Positions 9,875 through 19,562 of a stretch of 64,000 nucleotides of DNA are shown in pieces. This stretch comes from an uncultured bacterium (lineage in GTDB: Bacteria > Verrucomicrobiota > Verrucomicrobiia > Limisphaerales > UBA8199). Position numbers and translations under genes: made by a program. The notes under the pieces were generated by a model. That model saw nothing but the letters and a program-made list of their open reading frames with translations. It had not been told where the DNA came from and made no database searches. Location: positions 8,095 to 72,094 of the forward strand of contig CAVQND010000015.1 of NCBI GenBank assembly GCA_963713735.1, given 5' to 3'. Position 1 is the first letter of the stretch; every line of letters begins with the position of its first letter.

Positions 9875-11291
9875 ATGCATGACCGCAACCTCGAGGCCGG
9901 CCAGGCGTTGGCCGGCCTGTCTGGTGCTGCCGGAGCCGGCGGCGTGAGGCCACTGCTTTCCCGGCGGCGGCAACTCACGACCTGGCTCGCGCTGGCCGTG
10001 CTGTTGACGGGACTGCTGTTCCTGGTCACCGGTTGCAAGACTTTCTCCGTGCGCACGGTCTCCGATCCGGCCCCGGCGGTGGCACGGCTGCAAGCCGGCG
10101 GCAGGATTGGCGAGGAAGTGGAACGTCTGGCGCGACCGCTCGTCGAGAGCGGCGAAATCTACGGCATTGCCGTGGGCGTGTTGACGCCCGAAGGCCGCAC
10201 GCGCGCCTTTGGCTATGGCCGCACCGGGACGCCGGGCGGGGCGCAACCGCCGGACGGCGACACCGTTTTTCAGATCGGTTCGGTGTCGAAGCTGTTCATT
10301 ACGGCACTGCTGGCCGTCCTGGTGGACGAAGGGGTGCTGCGCTACGAGGACACCGTGCGCAGCATTTTGCCGCCGGCGGTCCGGCTCAACGAGGAAGTCG
10401 GCAAGGTGACGTTGTATGAACTGGCGACCAACACCGGAGGCTTTCCCCGGCAACCCCTTTGCCTTGCCCAACTGTGGGATTTCAGCGCCTTCCTGTTGAC
10501 GGGCCGCAATCTTTACAGCTACCTCGACAAGCCCTACCTCTACAAGTATCTTCGCAAAACCCACGTCAAACCAAAGGAGAAACGGCAATACGCGTACTCG
10601 AATATCGGCTTTGGATTGCTGGCTCATCTGATCCAGGTGAAAACGGGCCGGTCTGTAACCAGGAACTGCTTGACGAGAAGATCTGCCGGCCTTTGAAACT
10701 GCGCGACACGACCTTCGTGCTCAATGAGGAACAGAAGAAGCGCCTGGCCATGGGCCACGCCGGCGGGCAACCCCGCTTCCTGCGCCGCGGCCACCCGCTC
10801 GAGCCGTGGACATGGGCGAGATCATGCGGCCGGTCGGCTGCCTCTATTCCACGGTCAACGACCTGATGGTCTTCGCCAAAGCCAACCTCGGGATGCTGGG
10901 CCATCCGCTCGAGGCGGTGCTGGCCTCCACCCAGCGCGTGCAACTGAGCCGCCCCACCGAAGAAGTGGCCTTGGGCTGGCTGGTCAACTATCTCGGGGAC
11001 GACCGGCTCAAGGTCACTTACAAGCAGGGCGTGGTCGCGGGTTACAGCGGATACATCGGGATGGACGCCGAGGCCCGCGTTGCCGTGGTCGTGCTCTACA
11101 ACACTTTCAGTTGGGATGAGAAGATCGGGCATAACCTGATTCTGCGCCTGGCGCGCGGACTGCCACCGCTCCAAAGCGGACATGTTCGGTCACCTCACGT
11201 AGGAGACGACGTAAGGAGTCTGGCTTCCGCGGGGGTCGGGCTTTCGCGGGGCCAAAAGCTTAGTCAGGGACTCCTAACGGAGCTTTGCTGA
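9875..11291 (+). pseudogene. Beta-lactamase-family serine hydrolase (lipoprotein signal), two frameshifts
   Basis: S-x-x-K motif in FQIGSVSKLF and YAYSN motif. The reading continues in ORFs 10459-10866 and 10806-11291. The 3' end runs into a REP-like repeat. Confidence 0.7.
11199..11288. repeat. REP-like imperfect palindrome of the gtaggagacgacgtaaggagtc family
   Basis: The left arm shares the core with 2129-2306, 22177-22297 and 49328-49506. The right arm is a degenerate inverted copy. Confidence 0.6.
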
Positions 11292-11545
11292 ATCCGTGTC
11301 ATCCGTGTCATCCGTGGTTAATTCCTTTCCCCGGTTGCGGTTTTGCCGCGCTGCGAAATATCTCCCCTGAACGTCCTGGCCTGCCATGCTGATTTCGTGC
11401 AACAACTCCGCGCGATTTCCTCTTTATGGTGTGGACGGCGGTTTCCGCCGAACGAAACGAAATATGAATAAGATGTTTGGACCCGCTCGACCCTGCGCCG
11501 CGTGGCGCCAGGCCGGCTGGTTCAAGTAACCACTCAACAATAGCG

Positions 11546-12043
11546 ATGAAAGCGAAAGGCGTTATGAGCAGACTGATTCTCATTAGTATCTCGGTTGCGA
11601 GCCTGGCCTTGCTTGGCCAGTCGGCCCGCGCCGCCAGTTATTCTTCCGGCGGCTTCCATTCCGGCGGCGTCCACTATGGCGGAGGTGGCGCCGGCGGCGT
11701 CCACTATGGCGGAAGTCACTCCGGTGGCGTCCACCCCGGCGGCGGTCACTCCGGCGACACCCGTCCTTATTCGACCTCCACTTACCGCGTGTACACCTAC
11801 GGCCCCTATCCCTACGGCGCCTATCCCTACCCGGTCTATGGGTTTGCCGGCGTTGGACCCGCGGCCTGGCCGGGCGCCGGGCTGCCGCTGGTGCGGCTGC
11901 ATGAGTTCGAGAAGGCCAGCGGTTACGTCTTTGGAAGGCCAGGGCACCAGGTCGTTCTCAACGCCCCTGTGGGCGGCGGCGGCCCGCATCCCGAGTGGCA
12001 GACCAAGGCCGGGGCGAAGGCCCTAACCAAGTGGGAACGATAA
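11546..12043 (+). CDS. Secreted Gly/His/Tyr-rich low-complexity repeat protein
   Basis: Signal peptide MKAKGVMSRLILISISVASLALLGQSARA. Repeats GGFHSGGVHYGGGGAGGVHYGGSHSGGVHPGGGHSG are followed by the YGPYPYGAYPYPVYGF block. Confidence 0.55.
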   Translation: MKAKGVMSRLILISISVASLALLGQSARAASYSSGGFHSGGVHYGGGGAGGVHYGGSHSGGVHPGGGHSGDTRPYSTSTYRVYTYGPYPYGAYPYPVYGFAGVGPAAWPGAGLPLVRLHEFEKASGYVFGRPGHQVVLNAPVGGGGPHPEWQTKAGAKALTKWER

Positions 12044-12068
12044 GCCTCTCCGGGAAAGGAACTACAGT

Positions 12069-13088
12069 ATGAAAACCTCTGTTTATTTGTTTGTCGGCGG
12101 CGTTCTGATGAGCTGCCTGTTTGCCGGAGGCGGCTGCGCCTCGAGTGCCCCTCGCCGGCCGGCCACAACGACGGCCCGCCCCGACTCGACTGCCCTCCTG
12201 AACATGCGCCTGATGCTGGCGGCCAAGGCCGGGCGCGTCGCTGCGGTTCAGGACTTCCTGGCCCGAGGCGCGAAGGTCAATGCCAGTGACTTTCGCGGCC
12301 GAACCGCTTTGATGTGGGCGGCGGGCAAGGGCAACGCCGAGGTGGTGCAACTGCTCCTGAAGTCGGGAGCGGCCGTGAACCAGACGGAGAAGGACGGCAG
12401 CACCGCCTTGATGTGGGCGGCGGGCAGCGGCCACGCTGAGGCCGCGAACCTGCTGTTGGCTGCGCGGGCGGAGGTGAACACGAAAGCCGAGGATGGCAGC
12501 ACCGCCTTGATGTGGGCTGCGGGCAACGGTTGCGGGGAGCTTGTGACGCTGTTGCTCAAGGCCGGCGCAGTCCCCGGCGCCGCGGACCGCGAAGGCGCCA
12601 CCGCCCTTGCCTGGGCTGCGAGCGGCGCCCACCGCGCGGTTCTCAAAACCCTCTGGGATGCCGGGGCGCCCTCCCCTCTGGCGCCGGAGTCCGCCGTTGC
12701 GCTGGCCTGGGCCGTGGGCAGCGGGGATGCCGCCACGGTGCAGATGCTGCTCCAGGCGGGCATTGCCCCCGACGCCCGGGCGGCGGATGGCAGCACGGCG
12801 CTGCACTGGGCCGCCGGCTGCGGCCGGCCGGACGTTCTGAAAGTCCTCCTGGCCGCCCAAGCCAAGGTGAATGCGGCCAGGAATGACGGCGCCACGCCCC
12901 TCATGTTCGCCGCCGGCGCGGGCAAGTCCGAACTCGTCCGCCTGCTGTTGGCCGCCGGGGCCGACGTCAACGCCCGGCTCAAAGACGGGACCACCGCGCT
13001 CGCTTGGGCCAAGCAGCACGGCTACCCCCAGACCGCCGAGTTACTCCGCCAGGCCGGTGGGAAGGAGCACGTTCAGTCCAAGGGCTGA
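12069..13088 (+). CDS. Ankyrin-repeat lipoprotein (about 9 repeats)
   Basis: Lipobox-type signal ...VLMSC.... Repeated G.TALMWAA..G..E.V.LLL.AGA units, with near-identical 99-bp tandem DNA units around 12390-12590. Confidence 0.85.
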   Translation: MKTSVYLFVGGVLMSCLFAGGGCASSAPRRPATTTARPDSTALLNMRLMLAAKAGRVAAVQDFLARGAKVNASDFRGRTALMWAAGKGNAEVVQLLLKSGAAVNQTEKDGSTALMWAAGSGHAEAANLLLAARAEVNTKAEDGSTALMWAAGNGCGELVTLLLKAGAVPGAADREGATALAWAASGAHRAVLKTLWDAGAPSPLAPESAVALAWAVGSGDAATVQMLLQAGIAPDARAADGSTALHWAAGCGRPDVLKVLLAAQAKVNAARNDGATPLMFAAGAGKSELVRLLLAAGADVNARLKDGTTALAWAKQHGYPQTAELLRQAGGKEHVQSKG

Positions 13089-13184
13089 CCTTTGCTTGGG
13101 CAAATTTGAAGGCTTGCGCCCCAGGGCACGGCGGATACACTGCTCGAGGCTATCCTAGAAATTAACATCAGCAAGGTTGTAAAC

Positions 13185-13905
13185 ATGAGAATCAGCATGA
13201 CGACTATGGTTGTGCCGCTGGCGCTGGTAGTGCTGGGAGGAGCAGGCTGCGCCACGTCGGGGCGTTATGTCGCGCTCAAGGAATTCAGCGCGCCGAGGCC
13301 CTCAGGAGAAAACTCGCCGCTCAAGGGACGCGTGGTCTGCGTCAAACCATTTGCCAGTGGCTTCAGCATCAATGACCAACTGCCCGACAAGAACACGGTC
13401 GAGCCTCCCAACTACACCTACGTTAGCCCGACCAGAGAAGAGGCCAAGCTGTGGGACAACGAAGTCCGGCAGCGCAAGCAGGCAACGTCCAAGACTGACT
13501 GGCCGCAGATCGGTTATGTGCGGAATGGTTTTGGTACGGTCATGAGCAAAAGTGTACGCGCTCAATGATCCTGGCACGTGGCTGGCCGATACGCTCAAGG
13601 CGGACTTGCAGAAGTTGGGGGCGCGCGTAGTGGACCCGTCCCAGGAAGCCGACGCGGACATCAGCGTGTGGGGCACGATCAGGTATTTCAAGGCGGATAT
13701 TTACATGAGCATGTGGTCGGACCTCGTGGTGGACACGCAATTGAAAGCAAAAGCCAAAACGGCCACGACTCGCCCCATCCACACGAGAGCCGCCCAGACC
13801 GCCTGGACCGGCTCCAGCTTCGAGTATTATCAGTCTCTCCGTCAGTGCCAGCAGAAGTTTTCGCGCCTGGTGATAGCGGACATGGAACTGTTGCTCAAGG
13901 AATGA
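13185..13905 (+). pseudogene. Lipoprotein of unknown function, single frameshift near 13545-13555
   Basis: ORFs 13185-13568 (signal ...LGGAGC) and 13552-13905 read as one protein if a 1-nt shift is allowed (...GFGTVMSK / VYALNDPGTW...). Confidence 0.5.
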
Positions 13906-13929
13906 CCCCTCAAACTTGCCTGGAGGGCC

Positions 13930-14898
13930 TCAGTTCACCTCGACCTCGCGGCGCGGCAGCGAAAAGAACCGGCCTGCAGTGTTGCGGAAAATCAGGCGGT
14001 CGGCGCCGTTTTCCAGGATTGTTCCCTTCATGGCCACCCGGCCCGCTTTGATGCCGTAATCGACGCGCGCGTGCAGCAACCGCGCGCGAATGGTCACCGG
14101 TGGCGCACTCGGGTTTGGCGCTCCTCCCATGTATTGCAGAGCGTAGCCTGCCAGCTTCGCACTTTCTGTAATTCCCTCGGCGACAGCCTTCCGGAAAGCC
14201 GCACCCCCGTCCTCCGCCCAGAGTGCGATGGCCTTTTCGGCGTCGGGTTCGCCAATCTCGGCCGAGTGATACGTGAGGATGTTGGCCGCCTTCGGTCTGC
14301 CGTGCCTTCCGGGAGGGAAGAAGCCCAGGCCGGTTGACACCACAAAGACACGGCAGTCCTGCGAGATGTAGTAGTCGGCGCCGACGTTGAGCACCGCCCG
14401 TTGGGCGACCATTTGCTTGGTCACGGGCGGCAGGGTAGTTCCACTGATGTCCTCCACCTTGTCCGCCTTGAGCCAGGAAATCCCCATGACCGCGTTGGAA
14501 ATCGCCTGCCAGTACAGCCTGCGAAAATCCACGTCTTTCACGCGCTCGCGCAACTCCTGCACCCGTTTCTCCGCGTTGTGCTGCCGGCTGCTGTTGACGC
14601 CGGCGTTGATGACCGCGCCGATGAGACCGCCCCCGGACCCGTAGCCGGAAAGGATATACTCGGCCTTCACCTCGCCTTGCGGCAGAAAGCGGCGAACGCC
14701 CGTGCAGGTGACGGTCGAGACGACCTCCGGCTTGAGCGTTGGACCCGTGGCCGCACAGCCCGCGGCCAGGCACAGAAGGAGAGCCGCGCTGACGGTTCGC
14801 AGAGTAACGACGGTGGGCCTGCGCAACGGAAAACCGGCCACGACTGCGGCGGCGGCGGCGCGGAAGCCAATACGGGCGAACTTTATGCTGATGTTCAT
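13930..14898 (-). CDS. Lipoprotein of unknown function
   Basis: Internal start MNISIKF... followed by ...LLLCLAAGC lipobox. Intact frame; no family recognised. Confidence 0.5.
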   Translation of the reverse strand: MNISIKFARIGFRAAAAAVVAGFPLRRPTVVTLRTVSAALLLCLAAGCAATGPTLKPEVVSTVTCTGVRRFLPQGEVKAEYILSGYGSGGGLIGAVINAGVNSSRQHNAEKRVQELRERVKDVDFRRLYWQAISNAVMGISWLKADKVEDISGTTLPPVTKQMVAQRAVLNVGADYYISQDCRVFVVSTGLGFFPPGRHGRPKAANILTYHSAEIGEPDAEKAIALWAEDGGAAFRKAVAEGITESAKLAGYALQYMGGAPNPSAPPVTIRARLLHARVDYGIKAGRVAMKGTILENGADRLIFRNTAGRFFSLPRREVEVN

Positions 14899-15129
14899 GC
14901 GATGAACCCCTGAGGTTGTATGTTTCTTTTGAGTTTGAGCTTTCCGCAACCGGCTGGCATCCACTCAGACGCCAGCCGTTCTGACTTGGGCGAGCTTGCC
15001 CTTCGCGCCGAACGCGTGTCAAGGTTGGACTACTCGAACTCCACGAAAGGAGCTTGATCTTTATGAACCGAACTCCCACTATGGATGAGTCATTAGCCGA
15101 AAATGCAGAAAAGCTCAACCGTAAGACTT

Positions 15130-15765
15130 ATGAAGAACACGAAGCAAACCACTCGCCTCCTGACCTACTGCTCACTCCTGACAGGCGCCGCAATCATTTG
15201 CGGGTGCGCGACCAACACGGCCGAACCCAAAGCGACCTCGGAGCCCGCAGCCCCGGAGACAACCAAGGCCAAGGTCGGATACAAGGACCGGCAATACGTC
15301 GCGAACCCGTCGAAGGTCAAGTTTGGCGAGTTCAAGTCCGCTGAGTTGAAGACGACCGAACTCACAGCCCAGGAGAATACCGAGGGCAATCGGAAGTCAG
15401 CGGCGAGGATAGATGAGATGTTGGCGGCGGGTCTGAGAGGCATTTGGCCGGACCTAAAGATTATTCCCCCGGGCGGGGACTTTTCCAAGGGCGGCGAGCG
15501 GACCTTGCAGATTTCCCCCCGAATTGAGCACATCCATCTCGTCAGCGTCGGCGCCCGCGTCTGGATCGGCGTCATGGCCGGCGGCTCGGATCTGGTCATG
15601 CACGTTGACTACCGGGACAGTTCCACCGGCGAAATCATCGCTAATCCGGACTTTTGGAAGGGCAACAACGCCTGGTCGGGCGGATGGAGCCATGGGGCTA
15701 CGGACAATCAGATCCGCGACGCCGCCGTCGCCCAGATCATCGGCTACACTATGGGCAACAGGTAA
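15130..15765 (+). CDS. Lipoprotein, DUF4410-like (tentative)
   Basis: Signal MKNTKQTTRLLTYCSLLTGAAIICGC. The C-terminal ...VGARVWIGVMAGGSDLVMHVDYRDSSTGEII... resembles DUF4410-type lipoproteins from memory. Confidence 0.5.
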   Translation: MKNTKQTTRLLTYCSLLTGAAIICGCATNTAEPKATSEPAAPETTKAKVGYKDRQYVANPSKVKFGEFKSAELKTTELTAQENTEGNRKSAARIDEMLAAGLRGIWPDLKIIPPGGDFSKGGERTLQISPRIEHIHLVSVGARVWIGVMAGGSDLVMHVDYRDSSTGEIIANPDFWKGNNAWSGGWSHGATDNQIRDAAVAQIIGYTMGNR

Positions 15766-15783
15766 ATTGCCCGGCAACCTCAT

Positions 15784-16392
15784 TTGAACATATTCTTCCG
15801 CGCGGTGCTGGTGGCGGCTGCCGGACTGGTCGTGCGACACGCGACCGCCGGGGACGTCCGGATTGAATCAGGCTCGGTCGCGTTCTTGAAGCAAGAGAGG
15901 CGCGTCAACCTGGAATACGATTACAGCGACCTCAAGGCAGGCCGGACTGCCAAAGACTGTCTTCCGGAGCAGCAATTCATCGCCCGGGAGGTCGCGCGGG
16001 AAAATGGCAGGAAAGCCGGCGGCGGCGAGGCTTGGAGGCGACAGTGGATCGGCCTGCGCACCGTGCAATTCCAACCCAGGTTCCAGGAAATCCTGAACAA
16101 GCTGTTGGCGGAGGGCAATGTCCCGCTCGAGTTCGGGGCCTTCAAAGATGCGAAATACACCTTGATCCTGAAAACGACCATGCTGACGGGTTCACTGAAC
16201 TTTGGCGGCCCCCTCCCGCTCCTCACCGCGGACGCTCTGTTCGTGGAGACCAACCACCGGACAAGGACGGCCGCCGTGGTCAAACTGGTCAACGAACCCG
16301 GACGGGACGCTTGGTCGGGGTTTGACATGCGCGAGGCTTATGCCAAGGCCGGCAAGGACCTGGGGATTCTGATCCGCGGGAAAATCAAATAG
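15784..16392 (+). CDS. Secreted hypothetical protein (TTG start)
   Basis: Signal-like N-terminus. 202-aa intact ORF with balanced composition, directly downstream of the lipoprotein gene. Confidence 0.45.
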   Translation: MNIFFRAVLVAAAGLVVRHATAGDVRIESGSVAFLKQERRVNLEYDYSDLKAGRTAKDCLPEQQFIAREVARENGRKAGGGEAWRRQWIGLRTVQFQPRFQEILNKLLAEGNVPLEFGAFKDAKYTLILKTTMLTGSLNFGGPLPLLTADALFVETNHRTRTAAVVKLVNEPGRDAWSGFDMREAYAKAGKDLGILIRGKIK

Positions 16393-17086
16393 GCCGCTCG
16401 CCCCGGGGAGTGCTTCCGGCCTTGCGGGCGGTCAAGAGTGCGTTCGAGCTCAGTCCAGTGCCTGGGTGCGTTTGCACTTCGAGGAAGCCGGCCTGCGCCA
16501 GCAATTGCTGCTGGTCTTTGAGGCTTCCGAAGTGCAAACCATAGGCGGTCTTGTTCTGGCGCAAGCGGACGCCCCATCGTTCAGACCAGACTGTGAGCCG
16601 ATGCCCCCAGTTGTCGGCCGTGAAGGCGTCGCGCAGCACCAGCCAACCGCCCGGCCGCAGCGCCGCGAAGGCCTTCCGCAGCACCCGCTCTTTGAGGGCG
16701 GGCGGGAGGTAGTGGAGCAAATCGCACATCAGCACGCAGTCGCAGGCCGGATACTCCCAACCCAGCACGTCCCGGTGCTCGAAGCAGACTCGCGGGTTGA
16801 GGCTGGCCGTAATGCGGGCGACGCGGACTTTCTCCTCATCGCTATCGACTCCGAGCACGGTCCGTTCCGGCGACCCGCAGGTCAGCCAATTTGCCACGAT
16901 GCCGTAGCCGCAGCCGAGGTCCAGGATTTCTGCTGCCCTTGGCACGGTCTGGCCGACCACCTTGAACAGCGGGTCGAGGCGCATTTTCCAAAAGACGAAT
17001 TGCGTCACCGAGGGGCTCTTGGTAGCGGTAAAGCCGGCAGACTTGCTGGCGCCGGGCGGGCGCGCCATCCGGTCTGGCCTCGCCAA
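16385..17086 (-). CDS. Class I SAM-dependent methyltransferase
   Basis: Motif I ILDLGCGYG and post-I LGVDSD. The N-terminal limit is uncertain because the upstream MMPL ORF overlaps it in another frame. Confidence 0.75.
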   Translation of the reverse strand: MARPDRMARPPGASKSAGFTATKSPSVTQFVFWKMRLDPLFKVVGQTVPRAAEILDLGCGYGIVANWLTCGSPERTVLGVDSDEEKVRVARITASLNPRVCFEHRDVLGWEYPACDCVLMCDLLHYLPPALKERVLRKAFAALRPGGWLVLRDAFTADNWGHRLTVWSERWGVRLRQNKTAYGLHFGSLKDQQQLLAQAGFLEVQTHPGTGLSSNALLTARKAGSTPRGERPI

Positions 17087-19562
17087 AGCTCAGGAGAGGA
17101 CCTGCCGCCCGCCGCCGCAATCCCGCCATGCATGGAGGGACGAGAAACAGAGTGGCCAGCAGCGTCAGGCTGATGCCGAGCCAGGCGCTCAGGCCGATGG
17201 AAAACATGGCCGGATGCTTCGCCAGCACCAGCACGCCCACGCCCAGCAGGGTGGTGCCGGCGCAGATCGTCACCGCGCCGCCCGTGGACGCGGTCCGGTC
17301 CGCGCGCCCGCGCCACGGCTCGAGTTCCGCCATGACCATGAACAGGCTGTAGTCGCCGCCAACGCCAATGACGAAGATGGCGAAAATGAAGTTAGCCATG
17401 TCAATGGGCTGCCCCAGCAACCCCAGCACGCCGAGTGTCCAGAACACCCCCGCCGCCATCGGCAGCAGCGTGATCAAAACCAGTTCCATTCGGCCCAGCA
17501 GCACGAACAGGAGCGCGGCGTTGAGCGCCACCACCAGCGCCGCAAAGACCGGCAGCGCCCGCCGGGCGACACGGATGATTTCGTCTGTCATCGCCGCCTG
17601 GTTGAGCAGCAAGGCCCCGGGCGCTTCCTTGTGGATGGCCTCGCGCAATCGCAGCAGGCTCGCGCGGTTGCCGGCCTTGACCAGGGTGCAAACCGACACG
17701 CGCCCATCCTCCCGGCCCCAGTAATCGCGCAACAGCCGGTCCAAGGCCGGCGTGGCGCCGGCCCCGGTCGCGGAAATGTTTGCCGCGGTTGCGAGGCGTT
17801 CTAGAAACGGCGCGAAGGCCCCGGCCCGAAAGCCCAACTTCGCCGCGGCGTCCGCCAGGGAATTGCTCAGTTCCTGGCGGCGGGTTTCGGACCAGAACCG
17901 CGACCAGTCGCGTAAGTTCGCCCGGCGCGTTTGTTCCGAAGGAAACAACGGCGCGATCGAGGCGAACAACTCCACCTCCCGTTTTTGCTGCAAGGCGCGC
18001 AACACGGCGCAAATCCGCTCGTTCTTCTGCAACGCTTCCTCGCGGCCGGCGCCCGTCACTACCACCGTCGTCAGCGACAATGCCTTTCCCCATACCTCCC
18101 GCACTACAGCTTCGTCGCTCCGCGTTTGGGGCGTCACACCGTTGAGCCGGGCGAAATCGCCGTCGAAGCGCAATCGCAGCGCACCCGCCGCGCAGAGCCC
18201 GGAAAAGAGCAGGAGCAAAGGCAGCACGACCTGCGCCCGCCGGCGGCGCCAGGCGAACAATCGCTGCATCGCCCTCGTCAACGGCAGCACCCGGACTGGC
18301 CCGGTGGCGCCCACCGGGACAAAGAGGGGGAGAATCCCTATGGCGAAGAGGGCCGCCAGCGCCACTCCAACCGCGCCAAACAACCCCAGTTGCCGGTGCC
18401 CCGGCACGGGCGAAAGCAACATCACCACGAACGCAGCCATCGTGGTGAGTGCGCCGAAGGCCAGCGTCGGCGTCAGTTGTGCCACGGCCCGCGCCAGTTG
18501 CTCACGGTCCGAGGGCGGCGCGTCGTCGGTGTGGTAGAGGACATAGATGCCGTAGTCCACGGTGACGCCGATCAAAATGCTGCCGCAGCCCAGCGCGACC
18601 GCCGAAACCGGGTCGCCGGCCAGGTAGAACACCACCATCGCCCCCAACGCGCCAAACAGCGTGGGCGCCAGCCCCAGCAGCGCCAGCCAGCGCCGCCGGT
18701 ACGCCGCGAACATCAGCCCCGCCACCGCCACCGTGGCGATCACGCTGGTCAGGGTAATGTCCTTTCGAACCATCGAGGCGTTCTCGAGCGCCACCAGGTG
18801 TGCCCCCGTGATGGCGACACGCACCGAGCCGGCCGGGAAGCCGGCTTCCACGCCCCGCGCAGCCTCCAACACCCGGCCCACCAGGGGCGCGCTCCGCTGC
18901 AACTCCGAAGCCCGAAATCCCGGCGCCGCGCTGATGAGCACATGGCGTCCATCCGCGCTGGTGATGCGGCCGGCGACGATGCGGGCGTCTCCAATACCGG
19001 CCTGCAAGGCGCGCAATCGGGCCGACACCGCGTCGCCCAGGCCCGCCGGATCGGTTTGCACCACGTCCTTTAACATCAAACCCTGGGGCTGGCTTATCGC
19101 CTTCTTCATCCACGCCAGCCGTTGTTCCAGGGCGGACGTTTCCAGCCTGCCTTCCATTTCGTGAAGGTCATTGGATGAGAGCAGCGTGGGCAGTTGGGCC
19201 TGCAACTCCTCGAACATCTCCCGCAGGTCGCCCGCCTCGAGGTTGTAGCGAAACTCGCTCAGTTCGGAAATCTCCCGCAAGGCGCCGTACATCCGGTCCG
19301 CCGCCTGGGCCAACAACTCCGAGTCCGACCGGGTCGTGCCGACATCGACGAACAAACGGTCAGCCTGGCGAACATGTTTGAGTGCCTCCACCTGTTCTGC
19401 GATGGCCGGGTCGGCCATCGGCAACATGTCGGTGAAGTCCTCGTTCAGCTTGAGCCGGCGGCTGCACAGCAGCGCGCTGGCGGCAAACATGGCGGCCAGC
19501 AGCAACACGGCCCCGCGATGGCGGGCCAGAAACAAGTGCAGGCGGACAAACAAGTCACTCAT
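16842..19562 (-). CDS. MMPL/RND-superfamily lipid exporter
   Basis: 906-aa ORF with two blocks of hydrophobic helices, of the type found in aryl-polyene/hopanoid-type lipid clusters. The last ~80 aa overlap the methyltransferase ORF out of frame, so the true 3' end is probably near 17090 or fused to it. Confidence 0.75.
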   Translation of the reverse strand: MSDLFVRLHLFLARHRGAVLLLAAMFAASALLCSRRLKLNEDFTDMLPMADPAIAEQVEALKHVRQADRLFVDVGTTRSDSELLAQAADRMYGALREISELSEFRYNLEAGDLREMFEELQAQLPTLLSSNDLHEMEGRLETSALEQRLAWMKKAISQPQGLMLKDVVQTDPAGLGDAVSARLRALQAGIGDARIVAGRITSADGRHVLISAAPGFRASELQRSAPLVGRVLEAARGVEAGFPAGSVRVAITGAHLVALENASMVRKDITLTSVIATVAVAGLMFAAYRRRWLALLGLAPTLFGALGAMVVFYLAGDPVSAVALGCGSILIGVTVDYGIYVLYHTDDAPPSDREQLARAVAQLTPTLAFGALTTMAAFVVMLLSPVPGHRQLGLFGAVGVALAALFAIGILPLFVPVGATGPVRVLPLTRAMQRLFAWRRRRAQVVLPLLLLFSGLCAAGALRLRFDGDFARLNGVTPQTRSDEAVVREVWGKALSLTTVVVTGAGREEALQKNERICAVLRALQQKREVELFASIAPLFPSEQTRRANLRDWSRFWSETRRQELSNSLADAAAKLGFRAGAFAPFLERLATAANISATGAGATPALDRLLRDYWGREDGRVSVCTLVKAGNRASLLRLREAIHKEAPGALLLNQAAMTDEIIRVARRALPVFAALVVALNAALLFVLLGRMELVLITLLPMAAGVFWTLGVLGLLGQPIDMANFIFAIFVIGVGGDYSLFMVMAELEPWRGRADRTASTGGAVTICAGTTLLGVGVLVLAKHPAMFSIGLSAWLGISLTLLATLFLVPPCMAGLRRRAAGPLLSFGEARPDGAPARRQQVCRLYRYQEPLGDAIRLLENAPRPAVQGGRPDRAKGSRNPGPRLRLRHRGKLADLRVAGTDRARSR

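Noticed and set aside
12248-13012. 254-aa minus-strand ORF
   Set aside because: Antisense to the ankyrin-repeat gene. The repeated Ala/Ser/Pro pattern simply mirrors the ankyrin DNA repeats.
17752-19073. 261-aa and 380-aa plus-strand ORFs opposite the MMPL gene
   Set aside because: Shadow ORFs with extreme Arg/Pro/Ala/Ser content. The minus-strand MMPL reading has the expected transmembrane periodicity.
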